Shown: positions 1-10,213, counted from the stretch's first letter. The stretch: 64,000 bases of DNA from Candidatus Poribacteria bacterium (GCA_965205025.1 CBDBFU010000015.1:320001-384000), one strand, 5' to 3'. The notes: a model not told the origin generated them from the sequence alone. Numbers and translations are program-made.

Positions 1-2
1 TT

Positions 3-176
3 GCTGACTTAGAAGAGGACCAGACACGATTAGTAATCTTTAAGACTGGGGGTTGGTTCGATAGAATAGATGGAATTCCTGTAGAAGAAAGACATCCAAT
101 TATTGCCAAATATCTTGAGGAAAACTACGAATTGGCTATTGATATTAATAATACGGAGATATTAATACGTAAGTGA
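3..176 (+). CDS. C-terminal fragment of a gene entering from the left edge (possibly a membrane glycosyltransferase-like protein)
   Basis: Hand translation of frame +3 is open from the edge: ADLEEDQTRLVIFKTGGWFDRIDGIPVEERHPIIAKYLEENYELAIDINNTEILIRK*. The product is a guess. Confidence 0.5.
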   Translation, partial: ADLEEDQTRLVIFKTGGWFDRIDGIPVEERHPIIAKYLEENYELAIDINNTEILIRK

Positions 177-233
177 CGAATGGATTGGATCCTAAAAGTA
201 TTTTAGAATAGTAGACACAAACATAGTAAGAAC

Positions 234-1301
234 TTAATTCTGTTGCTGGTCAATAAAGATACGATAGATCTCCTCAAATATTCTTACATCTGTTAGTGTG
301 TCTTCTGCTGAGGAACGGAATGGTTCAGGATTTTGAAGGTTTTTGATAAAGTATTCTGCTTCTCTGTGATATGCCCAAGTCCAAGATGGTCTGGGTATTG
401 GTCTTGTAATTTCTTGATCCTCTCCTGCCCGGTATATTTCAACTTCTGCGGGTGTATTCTTCAGCAATAATGGTGGGGCCCATGTGTGTATCCAACCGTG
501 TTGGAAATAAACCTGAGAATGCTCATCCCAACGATAGTGTGAAACATGACCCGTTTCGAGTGTTACACGCACACCCGCCATATCAAAGATTACAACTCCT
601 GTATACCCATTTTCATTTAGATCTACTGCTTTAACGGTTACATCATCCCCTGCGTCCAGTAACCACCGCATTAAATTGACATTGTGTGTATATTGTTGAA
701 GATATCCGATGTAGGATCCCCATCTTTCTTCTGGGAGCCAGTCAGGAAATTTTTGCGGGGCACTGGGTTTAGATTCCTCTGTACTTTCCATTGGTGTATC
801 TAAATTACACACCCAGTCTCCACCAAATGCATGATTTCGTGCATAAGTCAACCGTCCAAGTTCTTCAGTTTCCCGGAATTGTGCGATCTTCTCTTTGACG
901 ATTTCGTTTCCAGCATCATATCGTTTCATATATCCGACCATCAACTTCTTACCGGATTCTTTGGATGCGTCTACAATAGCTTGTGCTTGTTCTACTGAAA
1001 CAGCCATAGGTTTTTCCATAAAGACGTGCTTACCAGCCTTTAATAGATCTTTGGCTATTTCACCTTGTAATGCGAAATCAGCAGAGACAGCTACTGCTTC
1101 AATATCTGGATTTTGTGCAAGCTCAATATGATCTTTATATAGATGTGGTATATCAAAACGTCTCTGAACTTTTTTACCAAGTTCTGTCCGTACTTCTGCG
1201 AGTCCAACAAGTTCACACTCAGGTATACTTGCGAAATTTGGTATATGGACTTTCTGTCCCATAAAACCGCAACCGATATATCCTAATTGAACTTTCTCCA
1301 T
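234..1301 (-). CDS. Gfo/Idh/MocA family oxidoreductase
   Basis: N-terminal GYIGCG Rossmann motif, HVFMEKP motif, VGYMKRYD; GGAG RBS upstream. Confidence 0.9.
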   Translation of the reverse strand: MEKVQLGYIGCGFMGQKVHIPNFASIPECELVGLAEVRTELGKKVQRRFDIPHLYKDHIELAQNPDIEAVAVSADFALQGEIAKDLLKAGKHVFMEKPMAVSVEQAQAIVDASKESGKKLMVGYMKRYDAGNEIVKEKIAQFRETEELGRLTYARNHAFGGDWVCNLDTPMESTEESKPSAPQKFPDWLPEERWGSYIGYLQQYTHNVNLMRWLLDAGDDVTVKAVDLNENGYTGVVIFDMAGVRVTLETGHVSHYRWDEHSQVYFQHGWIHTWAPPLLLKNTPAEVEIYRAGEDQEITRPIPRPSWTWAYHREAEYFIKNLQNPEPFRSSAEDTLTDVRIFEEIYRIFIDQQQN

Positions 1302-1338
1302 CTATAGTCTCCTTTACTGATACAGGTATAATCTATGC

Positions 1339-1782
1339 TCAAATCTGTTTCTGCTCATAACCTGACTGAATCTGCTCAATTGCAGTGATTGCTCCTTGCC
1401 GGACAAGGGCTGATGTGTCGTTTTGAGCAAGTTCTTTAAGTTTTGGCAAACTGAGTGTAGCTTCTAATTTCCCAAGTGCGACAGCGACAAAATAGCGTAC
1501 ATCGGAATCCTCATCCTCAAGTGCATTGATTAATATTTCAGTATCCGCTTGTGTTGCTATATGTCTATCCGCATCGCCTATATTTATAAGGGATTGTGCT
1601 GCAATCCGTCGTGAATGTATATCACCATGTAGAAGTGATGCAATGAGTTCATCATTATCATTTGATATAGCAGACAAGTTATCCCAATCACAATCCAGAC
1701 AAAACCAAGAGTTTTCATCCAACTTCTGGATGTTTTTCTTGCCACACTGTGGACATTTATTATATAATTGATAGCTATCCAT
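1339..1782 (-). CDS. Zn-ribbon + HEAT-repeat protein
   Basis: CPQC...CLDC followed by HEAT-like repeats (ALEDEDSDVRYFVAVALGKL). Start moved to ATG 1782, which overlaps the upstream TGA (TGATG coupling). Confidence 0.75.
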   Translation of the reverse strand: MDSYQLYNKCPQCGKKNIQKLDENSWFCLDCDWDNLSAISNDNDELIASLLHGDIHSRRIAAQSLINIGDADRHIATQADTEILINALEDEDSDVRYFVAVALGKLEATLSLPKLKELAQNDTSALVRQGAITAIEQIQSGYEQKQI

Positions 1783-2153
1783 CAAATATTCATTGCCTCC
1801 ATTTCTGGTAGGTCTCTCCATATTTCAGGACCTTCTGGTTTGAAGTTTATTGTCGCGATGAACTGCATTCCGTGATAAAAGTTAATTTTGAATTTTCCAC
1901 CACCGTAATTCTGTTTAAGATATTCCAGTGGAGCATCTATTAATGGTCCCATTTCATCGGCATAGTAAAAGGCGAGTGCTTTGAACTTTACAGTGTTTCC
2001 CACAGGTTCCTGTACCAAGAGTTGTGCAGATGTTGCAGGAAATAACACTTGAAATGCATCCCATAAGTCTGCAACCGTGGGATTATCCTTACCGATTCGT
2101 TTTTTGAAGTCATTCTCAAGATATTCTGAGAATGTGTTGAATACCCAGTCCAT
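1782..2153 (-). CDS. hypothetical protein
   Basis: 123-aa ORF translationally coupled to the HEAT gene; no motif recognised. Confidence 0.7.
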   Translation of the reverse strand: MDWVFNTFSEYLENDFKKRIGKDNPTVADLWDAFQVLFPATSAQLLVQEPVGNTVKFKALAFYYADEMGPLIDAPLEYLKQNYGGGKFKINFYHGMQFIATINFKPEGPEIWRDLPEMEAMNI

Positions 2154-2192
2154 AGATTTTTGTTTTGGTGATACACCATTTAGCCGAGCAAA

Positions 2193-2762
2193 TCAAAGAT
2201 CAACACGCCTATAGATTTCCTTTAATGATAATTTACAACTGATGGTAGAAAGAATAAGAATATCTGTTGGATCTTCTAATGTGACCAATTCCCATTCTGT
2301 TCCTTGCATAACATAATGCTCAAGCGAGATTTTGTCTTGTGCTACGAGGATATACTCTTTTAATGATGGTAACTGCTTATAGTATTCAAATTTCTCACCC
2401 CTATCGTATTCCTCAGTAGAAGGTGAAAGCACTTCTATGATTATGACAGGATTTAGAAGAGTATCGAATGAATCATCTTCGAATTCAGGTTCATCACAAT
2501 AAACAATAACATCTGGATAAAAATAAGAAACATCTGGTGAGGTTTTTACACGCAAATCGTTTGTTACTACTCTACATTCTGATTCCCGTAATTGGATGTT
2601 GAGTTCAGTAGCTATATCTACCGTAATAAGACCGTGTGTAAGGCTGGCACCAGACATTGCAAAAATCTCTCCAAGGAAATACTCGCTCTTGTAAGCAGCT
2701 TTACGCTCTAATACAAGATATTCGTCTGGTGTAAAATGTGTTCTTGCTCCAATTGATGACAT
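2193..2762 (-). CDS. Uma2 family (PD-(D/E)xK) endonuclease
   Basis: MSGAS..H, YPDV, IIIEVLSPSTEEYDRGEKF..Y, EYILV motifs. Confidence 0.92.
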   Translation of the reverse strand: MSSIGARTHFTPDEYLVLERKAAYKSEYFLGEIFAMSGASLTHGLITVDIATELNIQLRESECRVVTNDLRVKTSPDVSYFYPDVIVYCDEPEFEDDSFDTLLNPVIIIEVLSPSTEEYDRGEKFEYYKQLPSLKEYILVAQDKISLEHYVMQGTEWELVTLEDPTDILILSTISCKLSLKEIYRRVDL

Positions 2763-2851
2763 GCTATCTCCAACTCAAGATATTCTGAGAATGTGTTGAA
2801 TACCCAGTCCATAGTTTTTTGTTTTGGTGATACACCATTTAGCCGAGCAAA

Positions 2852-3421
2852 TCAAAGATCAACACGCCTATAGATGTCCTTTAATGGGAATTTACAGCTG
2901 ATAGTAGAAAGTATAAGAATATCTGTTGGATCTTCTAAGGTGGCCAATTCCCATTCTGTTCCTTGTATAACATAATGTTCAACTAAGATTTTGTCTTGTG
3001 CCACGAGGATATACTCTTTCAAGGTGGATAACTGTTTGTAATACTCAAATTTCTCACCCCTATCGTATTCCTCAGTAGAAGGTGAAAGCACTTCTATGAT
3101 TATGACGGGATTGATAATTGAATCCATAAAATCATCTTCAAACTTGGGTTCATTACAAGCAACAACTACACCAGGATAGAAATATGCCTCTAAATGATTA
3201 ATCCATACTCGCATGTCGCTGGAATATACTTCGCAATCTTGTTCCCATAACTGATTGTTTATTTCAGTAGCAATATCAAGGGTTATAAGATTATGGGCAC
3301 GGCTGGCACCAGACATTGCTACTATCTCTCCACGGAAATACTCGCTCTTGTATGCGGCTTTGCGTTCTAATACAAGATATTCGTCTGGTGTAAAATGTGT
3401 TCTTGCTCCAATTGATGACAT
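2852..3421 (-). CDS. Uma2 family endonuclease (paralog; PD motif reads YPG)
   Basis: Same motifs as the neighbour. Start placed at MSSIGARTHF (3421), giving the same 189-aa length. Confidence 0.9.
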   Translation of the reverse strand: MSSIGARTHFTPDEYLVLERKAAYKSEYFRGEIVAMSGASRAHNLITLDIATEINNQLWEQDCEVYSSDMRVWINHLEAYFYPGVVVACNEPKFEDDFMDSIINPVIIIEVLSPSTEEYDRGEKFEYYKQLSTLKEYILVAQDKILVEHYVIQGTEWELATLEDPTDILILSTISCKFPLKDIYRRVDL

Positions 3422-3606
3422 ATTGTCTCTAATATATTGATGGATAGTATTCAACAATCCAATAGGGATACCATATCGGTATAATCCAATGGCTTTTCTT
3501 ATCAAACCCGATTCAAGCACTAACTTATAGATTAAAATCCTGGTGCCTTCAAGAAGTTCTTCCAGTCGAAATCGGGCAGAGGGAACTCCTCCGTGGCTTT
3601 ACATTG

Positions 3607-4020
3607 TCAGAATGTGGATGCCTGTTCAAAGAAATCTATATCAACACGTTCAACTTGTGCTGAACGGGCATTTTCTGCTACACGTTGAACGACCATTTCT
3701 CTAACAAAAGGAATAGGAATCCGTTTAACTCTGTGTACGACTTCTTCAGTACAAGGGACATTTGTGTTATCAAGAAATGGACCATCCACCTTTGGAATTT
3801 CGGCAGGATGATCACATGTCTCTGGCACCAATTGTTGTAATCGCATTGATACATAATCAGTGACCCATTGTTGGAAATCCTCCGTACCCCCACCATCAGC
3901 AACTGCAGTTTGCGATGGTTGTTCCAACTTATCATTTATGCTTGTCAAAAGCGTCTCTAACCGTTCTAATCTATCTTCAACATTTGTGAGTCGTTCTTGA
4001 ACCTTGTTTTGCCCACTCAT
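3607..4020 (-). CDS. coiled-coil protein with C-terminal PCP_red-like (BchB/ChlB C-terminal) domain
   Basis: N-terminal heptads; C-terminal CTEEVVHRVKRIPIPFVREMVVQRVAENAR...VD matches the W-T-x-E-A..RL..VP.FVR module; AGGAG RBS. Confidence 0.75.
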   Translation of the reverse strand: MSGQNKVQERLTNVEDRLERLETLLTSINDKLEQPSQTAVADGGGTEDFQQWVTDYVSMRLQQLVPETCDHPAEIPKVDGPFLDNTNVPCTEEVVHRVKRIPIPFVREMVVQRVAENARSAQVERVDIDFFEQASTF

Positions 4021-4029
4021 ATTTACTCC

Positions 4030-4749
4030 TTAAATAGCCCAGTATTTCCAAAGATCTTCTGGAATTTCGTACCGAATCTCTTCTCGTTGTTTATGGTGGT
4101 ATCGAGCAAATATACCAACACGAGGTATGTCTCTGATATTACCAGAACCCGTATGACATAAATAAGCGTGCCATAGCACAACATCCCCTGCTGCCCCGAT
4201 AAACTCGCGTGGTCCCTCTGGTGATGAATCTGAGAAGAGATGCCATCCCCATCCTTCAATATCCCTAAAACTTCCATCTACTTGTTCAGGATACTTAAGG
4301 AAGTATTCGTGGGTTGTATGATGACTCTTTGGCCAAAATACGAATGCTCCACCACTGGGTTCAACATCATAGAGATAGGTTGTTGCCCCCATCATAAACG
4401 GACTCCAACCACCTGGACCATAGGCATCAATGTGACCACTTCCCGGCATAGACCATTCATCATCTTTATTTGGCCATTTCACTAATGGTGATCCCCCACC
4501 ACCTGTAAAGTGTCCTCCACCTAATTGCTCAATTATCGTCTGCATTTCAGGTAATTGACCAAATTGTGGTGAGAAACCGAAGTTCTCCACTACATAATTA
4601 TCGGGCCATGTCTCTGGAGTTTCCAAGCTGGAATCAAAATGCTTCCATATCTGTTCCCGCCATCCGTTAATTATATCTGTATCTATAAGATTTTCAAGTA
4701 TAAGATATCCATCTTCTTGAAAGGATGTAATTTGTTCTGGTGATAGCAT
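4030..4749 (-). CDS. phytanoyl-CoA dioxygenase (PhyH) family protein
   Basis: LSPEQI..F.EDGYL, HID, GDVVLWH...H motifs; start at MLSPEQ with GAGGTG RBS. Confidence 0.88.
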   Translation of the reverse strand: MLSPEQITSFQEDGYLILENLIDTDIINGWREQIWKHFDSSLETPETWPDNYVVENFGFSPQFGQLPEMQTIIEQLGGGHFTGGGGSPLVKWPNKDDEWSMPGSGHIDAYGPGGWSPFMMGATTYLYDVEPSGGAFVFWPKSHHTTHEYFLKYPEQVDGSFRDIEGWGWHLFSDSSPEGPREFIGAAGDVVLWHAYLCHTGSGNIRDIPRVGIFARYHHKQREEIRYEIPEDLWKYWAI

Positions 4750-4803
4750 ACAATGCACCTCTACTATTTATATCAACGACTGTATGTGATTTGTCCAAAT
4801 ATT

Positions 4804-6105
4804 TTAACGTCGTGGTCTAAAAGAGGGAATTCCTGTTTTATCAAACCGTTTTTTGACAGTCTGCATGAGTTCAGGTGTAATTTCATGATGTCCGTTTTCC
4901 CGTGCATATTTTTCAACACTCTTGACAACCATTCCCCGGGCAAATGAAGGTACGCGTTTTAGTCTTTGTTCTGCAGCCTCATTCCAGGTGAGATCATACT
5001 CTGGTTCTGATGCAAAGGCAGTCCGTTTTTCAAATTGAATAGGTTGTTTTTCTTGTCCTGGTTGATATTCACAAGATTCATCCGCAGCAAGGTAATTATT
5101 CGTAGTAGCATACGCGCGTGCTCTACAACCTCCACAAACCTCTTTAAATTCACAAGCACCACACTTTCCTTCAAGACGATTTCTATCCCTCAAATCGTGA
5201 AAGGTTTCAGAATCATTCCACAGTTTGACGAAACTTTCTTCTTTTAGATTACCGACACTTACTGGAAGATATGGACAAGGTGTAAGCTCCCCTTCAGGAC
5301 TAATACGACAGTAGTAGATACCACATGGACAAGTTCCACTTGGGTAACCTTGAAGAAATGCGGAATCGGACTGTTGTTCATAGATAACACGTTTGTAATG
5401 TGGAGCACATTTCGCTGCTATTAACATTTTCCCACTATATTCTGACTGTAATTGAAACATGGTCTCTAACATTTTCTCATATTGTATAGGAGTGATATCC
5501 ATAACAGTTTTCCCTCTTCCTGTCCGAACAAGAAAATAGAGATTTAGAACTTTCGCCCCCAACTGATATGCATATTCAACAATCTGTGGAATCTCATCGT
5601 AATTCCATTGTGTGACGGATGTTTGTACGAGAAAATCAAGTTTGGCACGTTTTAGTGCTTCTACACCATTCATGGTTGCTTTCCATGCGCCTTCCATTCC
5701 ACGAAATTTATCGTGACTCGTAGGTTGTATGGAATCAATACTCAAACCTGCGCCTGTAACACCGTTTTGTTGCATTTTCTCAACAACTTCATCATTGAGC
5801 AAAACCCCATTTGTTCCCATTACCACAAGGAATCCAGTGTCAGAAGCATATTTTGAAATTTCCAGAATATCTGGTCGTAATAACGGTTCTCCACCTGTGA
5901 GGATAAGTAGTATATTTGGATTGATTTCAGCAATTTCATCAATTACATTAAAACATTGTGATTGGGTTAATTCTGTGTCTCTTACGTATCCTTGAGGAAA
6001 TTCTTCAGTATCAACAAAACCTGCGGGAAGATAGCAGTGTGTACATTTAAGATTACACAACCGGGTTATATTCCAAGAGACTGCCTGAACTTTAGTTTTT
6101 TCCAT
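4804..6105 (-). CDS. radical SAM/SPASM protein, AhbC/AhbD/NirJ-like, with C-terminal PCP_red-like domain
   Basis: WNITRLCNLKCTHCY, TGGEPLLR, SPASM cysteines (CPCG, PC, CGAC, CGGCRARA); C-terminal WNEAAEQRLKRVPSFARGMV. Confidence 0.88.
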   Translation of the reverse strand: MEKTKVQAVSWNITRLCNLKCTHCYLPAGFVDTEEFPQGYVRDTELTQSQCFNVIDEIAEINPNILLILTGGEPLLRPDILEISKYASDTGFLVVMGTNGVLLNDEVVEKMQQNGVTGAGLSIDSIQPTSHDKFRGMEGAWKATMNGVEALKRAKLDFLVQTSVTQWNYDEIPQIVEYAYQLGAKVLNLYFLVRTGRGKTVMDITPIQYEKMLETMFQLQSEYSGKMLIAAKCAPHYKRVIYEQQSDSAFLQGYPSGTCPCGIYYCRISPEGELTPCPYLPVSVGNLKEESFVKLWNDSETFHDLRDRNRLEGKCGACEFKEVCGGCRARAYATTNNYLAADESCEYQPGQEKQPIQFEKRTAFASEPEYDLTWNEAAEQRLKRVPSFARGMVVKSVEKYARENGHHEITPELMQTVKKRFDKTGIPSFRPRR

Positions 6106-6564
6106 TTAAATTCTTAATAGCAATGCCAGTGCGATAACAATTAATCCTGAAAAGAGTGTTAAATGTCCGAATAGATTGATATGTGTTGGTATGCTGATAC
6201 TGCTATTGGGTGGTGCTACTTCAAGTTGTTTACGATATAGAGAACTGTATAAACCCCAAAATAGAGCCATCAATCCGAATGCTCCTAATTTTGCAGCAGA
6301 GAAAATCATATATTCGGCACTTAATTTCATATCGTTGTTCCAAGCAACAATAAACACAACGATTGCACCAGTTGTATATAGTACATGTATCATCAATGAG
6401 ATGATACCACGAAATCGATTGTGTATTTTAAGTAGGTCTTGCGTTATCAAGTTCTGTCGAACTATTGGCATTGTAATTAATGTTGTGAAGAAAACACCTC
6501 CAAACCAAATTATTGCTGAAGTTAGATGAATAAACCTGATAGAGAGTTCTACTATCGTCCGCAT
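6106..6564 (-). CDS. 4-TM membrane protein (CopD/DUF4149-like)
   Basis: RFIHLTSAIIWFGG motif; four hydrophobic segments; abuts the radical SAM start. Confidence 0.65.
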   Translation of the reverse strand: MRTIVELSIRFIHLTSAIIWFGGVFFTTLITMPIVRQNLITQDLLKIHNRFRGIISLMIHVLYTTGAIVVFIVAWNNDMKLSAEYMIFSAAKLGAFGLMALFWGLYSSLYRKQLEVAPPNSSISIPTHINLFGHLTLFSGLIVIALALLLRI

Positions 6565-6638
6565 TGTTTATATCAGATTATCCACTGTATTCTAAGATTA
6601 TTCTGTTTCCAGGTATCCATAAGACTTCAGATAACTAA

Positions 6639-7334
6639 TTAAGATTGCGATTGCATACGAGCGATCTGTTCTCTAAGTTCAACGACTTCTGCTTCAGCAG
6701 TATCAGCTCGTTTTGCTTCCTGTTCTGCTCGGGTTTCTGCTGCTTCTGCGGGGGTTTGTAACCACTCACTCGTAGATGGATTATAAATACCTAACCCTTC
6801 ATCCAATACTTGGAAATCTAAGCCGATTGAGGTAGCATGGATACCGTTCTCACCTTGGGGTAAATTGACATAATTGCCATCTTTTAGCTCAAATCCCATC
6901 AATTGCGATGGTAGATATAGATCTTCAGCATCATATAGGAAATAGTTTTGTATTTTTAGTGCTGCATAAATCTCGATCTTGTCAGTTAAGTCTTTATCGT
7001 AAGTGTTCTTGCTACTGAACTCCATCACAAATTCTGGTGTCTTCCCTTCTTCCCATACCTTATAAGTTCTGCGTTGTTTCATACCTACACCGAAAGAGAC
7101 CAAGACATCAGGTGATATAGATTTAGTTGGCAAACCTTCTTCGTAATATATCAGAATATCACCTGATACATAGACAGTTGGATCTGTTGCGTAGAATGCT
7201 TCAATAACGTGTAACGTCCTGATTAACTGACTTCTGTGTAGATCGCTTGCAGCCATTGGCTTTCCATCTTCTTCAGGATATAATGAATCTGTAGGGACAA
7301 AGGTGAGTTTTTTCTTTTCTCCGTTAGCCACCAT
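6639..7334 (-). CDS. Uma2 family endonuclease with coiled-coil tail
   Basis: YPEEDGKPMA..H, SPDV, FVMEFSS..T...D, YFLYD; start at MVANG with GGAGG RBS. Confidence 0.9.
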   Translation of the reverse strand: MVANGEKKKLTFVPTDSLYPEEDGKPMAASDLHRSQLIRTLHVIEAFYATDPTVYVSGDILIYYEEGLPTKSISPDVLVSFGVGMKQRRTYKVWEEGKTPEFVMEFSSKNTYDKDLTDKIEIYAALKIQNYFLYDAEDLYLPSQLMGFELKDGNYVNLPQGENGIHATSIGLDFQVLDEGLGIYNPSTSEWLQTPAEAAETRAEQEAKRADTAEAEVVELREQIARMQSQS

Positions 7335-7446
7335 TGATAATCCTCCTGACGTTAGAAATATTACACACAAAGGTTAAGAGTTGACATCTTCCAAGTAGGT
7401 TAATTATAGTCTTAATAACTTGGACTCATCAAACCAATTTGTGGGT

Positions 7447-7968
7447 TTAGAACTGTGCAGGGAAGTTCCCACGTGCTTGATCCATTACCTCGGCAGTGAT
7501 TTCTGTATGTCCATTTTCTTTTGCGAAACTTTCAATCCCCATTTTTGCCATTGGTCGAACAAACGCAGGTATCCGTTCTAAACGATCTAACGCGTCTTGT
7601 GTCCATTCAATACCTTCAGTTTTAGGTTCGGATTCCTCTTCGTAAGCTTCAGAAATAACGGAGGTGAAGGGACATTTCCCACCTTCAGTTTCACCTGTAT
7701 TTGTATCGAATGTTGGGTTTGGCATCGAATCTTCTTTACCTGTTTGCAGTTGGGAACGGACCATCTGCATCGGTTGTGCAGCTTCATTATTGCCACCAAG
7801 CTTTAAATCCATCGATTTCAGCATTTGTGTTTCGGATGGATTTAAGAACATTGCTATTTCTGTAAAACAGTCAGGACATTCGAAAACAGCGGTAATAGAT
7901 CCTTGTTCAGGACGGGTTACATCCTTAAATTTCATTGCAGTTTCACATTCTATACATAGGAATTTCAT
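7447..7968 (-). CDS. Zn-ribbon protein with C-terminal PCP_red-like domain
   Basis: CIEC...CPDC, GKCPF, and IEWTQDALDRLERIPAFVRPMAKMGIESFAKENGHTEIT. Confidence 0.8.
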   Translation of the reverse strand: MKFLCIECETAMKFKDVTRPEQGSITAVFECPDCFTEIAMFLNPSETQMLKSMDLKLGGNNEAAQPMQMVRSQLQTGKEDSMPNPTFDTNTGETEGGKCPFTSVISEAYEEESEPKTEGIEWTQDALDRLERIPAFVRPMAKMGIESFAKENGHTEITAEVMDQARGNFPAQF

Positions 7969-8015
7969 TTTTTATCTCCATAAATGTTGTAGGAGAAGTT
8001 ATGTTCAATCACATG

Positions 8016-8903
8016 TTAAGTTAGTGTGGTAAAGTATTTTTGTATATTATGAGCTGTCTCAACGATAGCTTCACTTGCCGGATTATTGGGGAATTGTTCT
8101 AAATAGGGTATTCCACTGTCATTACACTGTGATAGTTTTGGATCAAAGGGTATCTTACCGAGTAAAGTGAATTGGAAAGTATTTTCAACAGAATCTTCAT
8201 TAGAAAAGAGTGATTCACTCTCACCACAATGATGACAAACATAGTATGACATATTTTCTACAACCCCAATAATTGGCACCTTAAGGACGTCCCTCGCCAT
8301 CGTCACAGACTTCTTTACAATCAGTTGTGATACATCTGAGGGAATAGTTACAACAACCACACCACTAAGAGAGGGTATCAGTTCAACGACGTTTGCTAAA
8401 CGTTCTGAACCAGGTGGTAAATCAAGGAGGAGATAATCTAACTCTTCCCATTCTGTATCTCCTATAAATTCTCGTAATGCGCCAACCTCCATTGTACTAC
8501 GCCAAGTAAATGCATCCTTCTGAGAATGTGCATTCCATAATACTGGTGCATGATCTTCGGATAGGAGTAGATCCATTGAGATGACTTTTACTCCGAGTGA
8601 GGTGATTGCTGGCTTGACACCTGTTGAAGTATATTCTAAATTAGTATCTCGTACTCCCATCATTTTCGCAATTGATGGACCGTTTATATCTGCATCAACA
8701 ACACCTACAGAACAACCTGCTAAAGTAAATGCGGTAGCTATATTGGCGGTGACAGCACTTTTACCGACACCCCCCTTTCCACTCATTATTGCTATAGTAT
8801 ATTTTACAGAGTTTAACCGTTGATTTACTCTGTTTGCTTGTGCTTTAACTTGTCCAACGATGTTAGAGCCAGCATCATCGGGTAGTTCCTTGTAGCTTTT
8901 CAA
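8016..8903 (-). CDS. mrp: Mrp/NBP35/ApbC Fe-S cluster carrier ATPase
   Basis: SGKGGVGKS, DADINGPS, LDYLLLDLPPG, GVVENMS..CHHC. Confidence 0.9.
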   Translation of the reverse strand: MKSYKELPDDAGSNIVGQVKAQANRVNQRLNSVKYTIAIMSGKGGVGKSAVTANIATAFTLAGCSVGVVDADINGPSIAKMMGVRDTNLEYTSTGVKPAITSLGVKVISMDLLLSEDHAPVLWNAHSQKDAFTWRSTMEVGALREFIGDTEWEELDYLLLDLPPGSERLANVVELIPSLSGVVVVTIPSDVSQLIVKKSVTMARDVLKVPIIGVVENMSYYVCHHCGESESLFSNEDSVENTFQFTLLGKIPFDPKLSQCNDSGIPYLEQFPNNPASEAIVETAHNIQKYFTTLT

Positions 8904-10213
8904 TTTTTCTGTCCAATTGCATACAAGGCATCATAACTTCGTAGGTATAGTGTGCCATTTAATATAACAGGAGATGCTGCGATTTCTTCGTCAATATTAT
9001 TTGTAGCAACTATCTCAAAGTCTCTACCTGCCTTCACAACATTTACAACACCATCTCTTGCGGTTAGGTATATATGTCCGTTTGCATATACTGGAGATGA
9101 ACGGTGTCTATGTCGATGTGTCTGGTGTCTATAGAGTTGCTCACCTGTTTTTGCGTCAATACAGATCAGATCACCATTCTCACGACACAAATATACTAAA
9201 CCGTCGTGTATTAGAGGTGAAGGGACATCAGGTGTACCTCTACTTAGTTTCCACTTTTGCCATTGAGTATCGGTAATATCACCACTTCCTGATGGGTCAA
9301 TTCCTATCACAGGACCATTTTTTGCTGAAGGCACAACTATTAACCCCTCAGTTGAAACTGGTGAAGCGACCAATCGGAAGGATCGGTTGTAATTTTCTGC
9401 TGGATTGAATCCACCACATCGCCATATTTCGTTTCCATCATCAAGCTTATGTGCTGTGACATAGTCTGCCCCATGGACAACAAGAAATTCCCGTTCAGCG
9501 TCCCTATATAACATAGGTGATGTATATGCCTGTTCAGATTCTTGTATAGCATCACTCTTCCGCTTCTGTTTCCATACCTCTTCACCGTTCATCTTATCAA
9601 GTGCAAGAACTAACCATGCATTACTATGAATTAGGTGCAAGTATAACCTATCTTTGTAGAGGAGCGGTGAAGTTGACATTATAAAATATAGGTTGAATTC
9701 CCCGTACCGTTCTTGCAGGTTTGTCTTCCATACCTGATTTCCATCATAATCATAACAAACCAGATCCCCATTCCCCAAAAATGCCCATACATGTTTACCA
9801 TCAGTGGTAGGTGACGGTGCAGCGAAGTTAACTTCATCCCCACGAGATCTTCTATTGCCTGTTGCTAACGTGCGTTTCCAAACTTCATCTCCTTGTGTGT
9901 TAACACAAATCAATACCACATTAGCACCATCAGCACAGGTAAGAAAGATTTTATCATCCCAAATTACAGGTGTGGAAGCACCCTCTCCAGGCAGTGGTAG
10001 ACGCCATTTAACATTTTCTGTTTGACTCCATTTTTTTGGAACTTCGGTGGCATTACTTATTCCATCGTTGTTTGGTCCACGCCACTGATGCCAATTATTA
10101 CTTACAGCGTTTTCTGTATCAGCAACAACATGTGTCCAACTGGTCTTTAAGAAAAAGAGAATTAAAAGACTTAATACTGTAATTACTCGATTTATAGAAA
10201 TTTTATTGTTCAT
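8900..10213 (-). CDS. secreted PQQ-like (BamB-like) beta-propeller protein
   Basis: Signal peptide, NWHQWRGP, repeated SP/G..VW blades. Confidence 0.85.
   Translation of the reverse strand: MNNKISINRVITVLSLLILFFLKTSWTHVVADTENAVSNNWHQWRGPNNDGISNATEVPKKWSQTENVKWRLPLPGEGASTPVIWDDKIFLTCADGANVVLICVNTQGDEVWKRTLATGNRRSRGDEVNFAAPSPTTDGKHVWAFLGNGDLVCYDYDGNQVWKTNLQERYGEFNLYFIMSTSPLLYKDRLYLHLIHSNAWLVLALDKMNGEEVWKQKRKSDAIQESEQAYTSPMLYRDAEREFLVVHGADYVTAHKLDDGNEIWRCGGFNPAENYNRSFRLVASPVSTEGLIVVPSAKNGPVIGIDPSGSGDITDTQWQKWKLSRGTPDVPSPLIHDGLVYLCRENGDLICIDAKTGEQLYRHQTHRHRHRSSPVYANGHIYLTARDGVVNVVKAGRDFEIVATNNIDEEIAASPVILNGTLYLRSYDALYAIGQKN

Larger units (their letters stand above)
2115..3432. repeat. tandem duplication of about 659 bp (two Uma2 units)
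   Basis: 2115-2216 recurs almost identically at 2774-2875; both genes are 570 bp with identical N-termini. Confidence 0.85.

Noticed and set aside
7381-7410. TTGACA-18 nt-TATAGT on the plus strand, antisense to the Zn-ribbon/PCP_red gene
   Set aside because: Such matches arise easily in AT-rich DNA; no supporting terminator or ORF.
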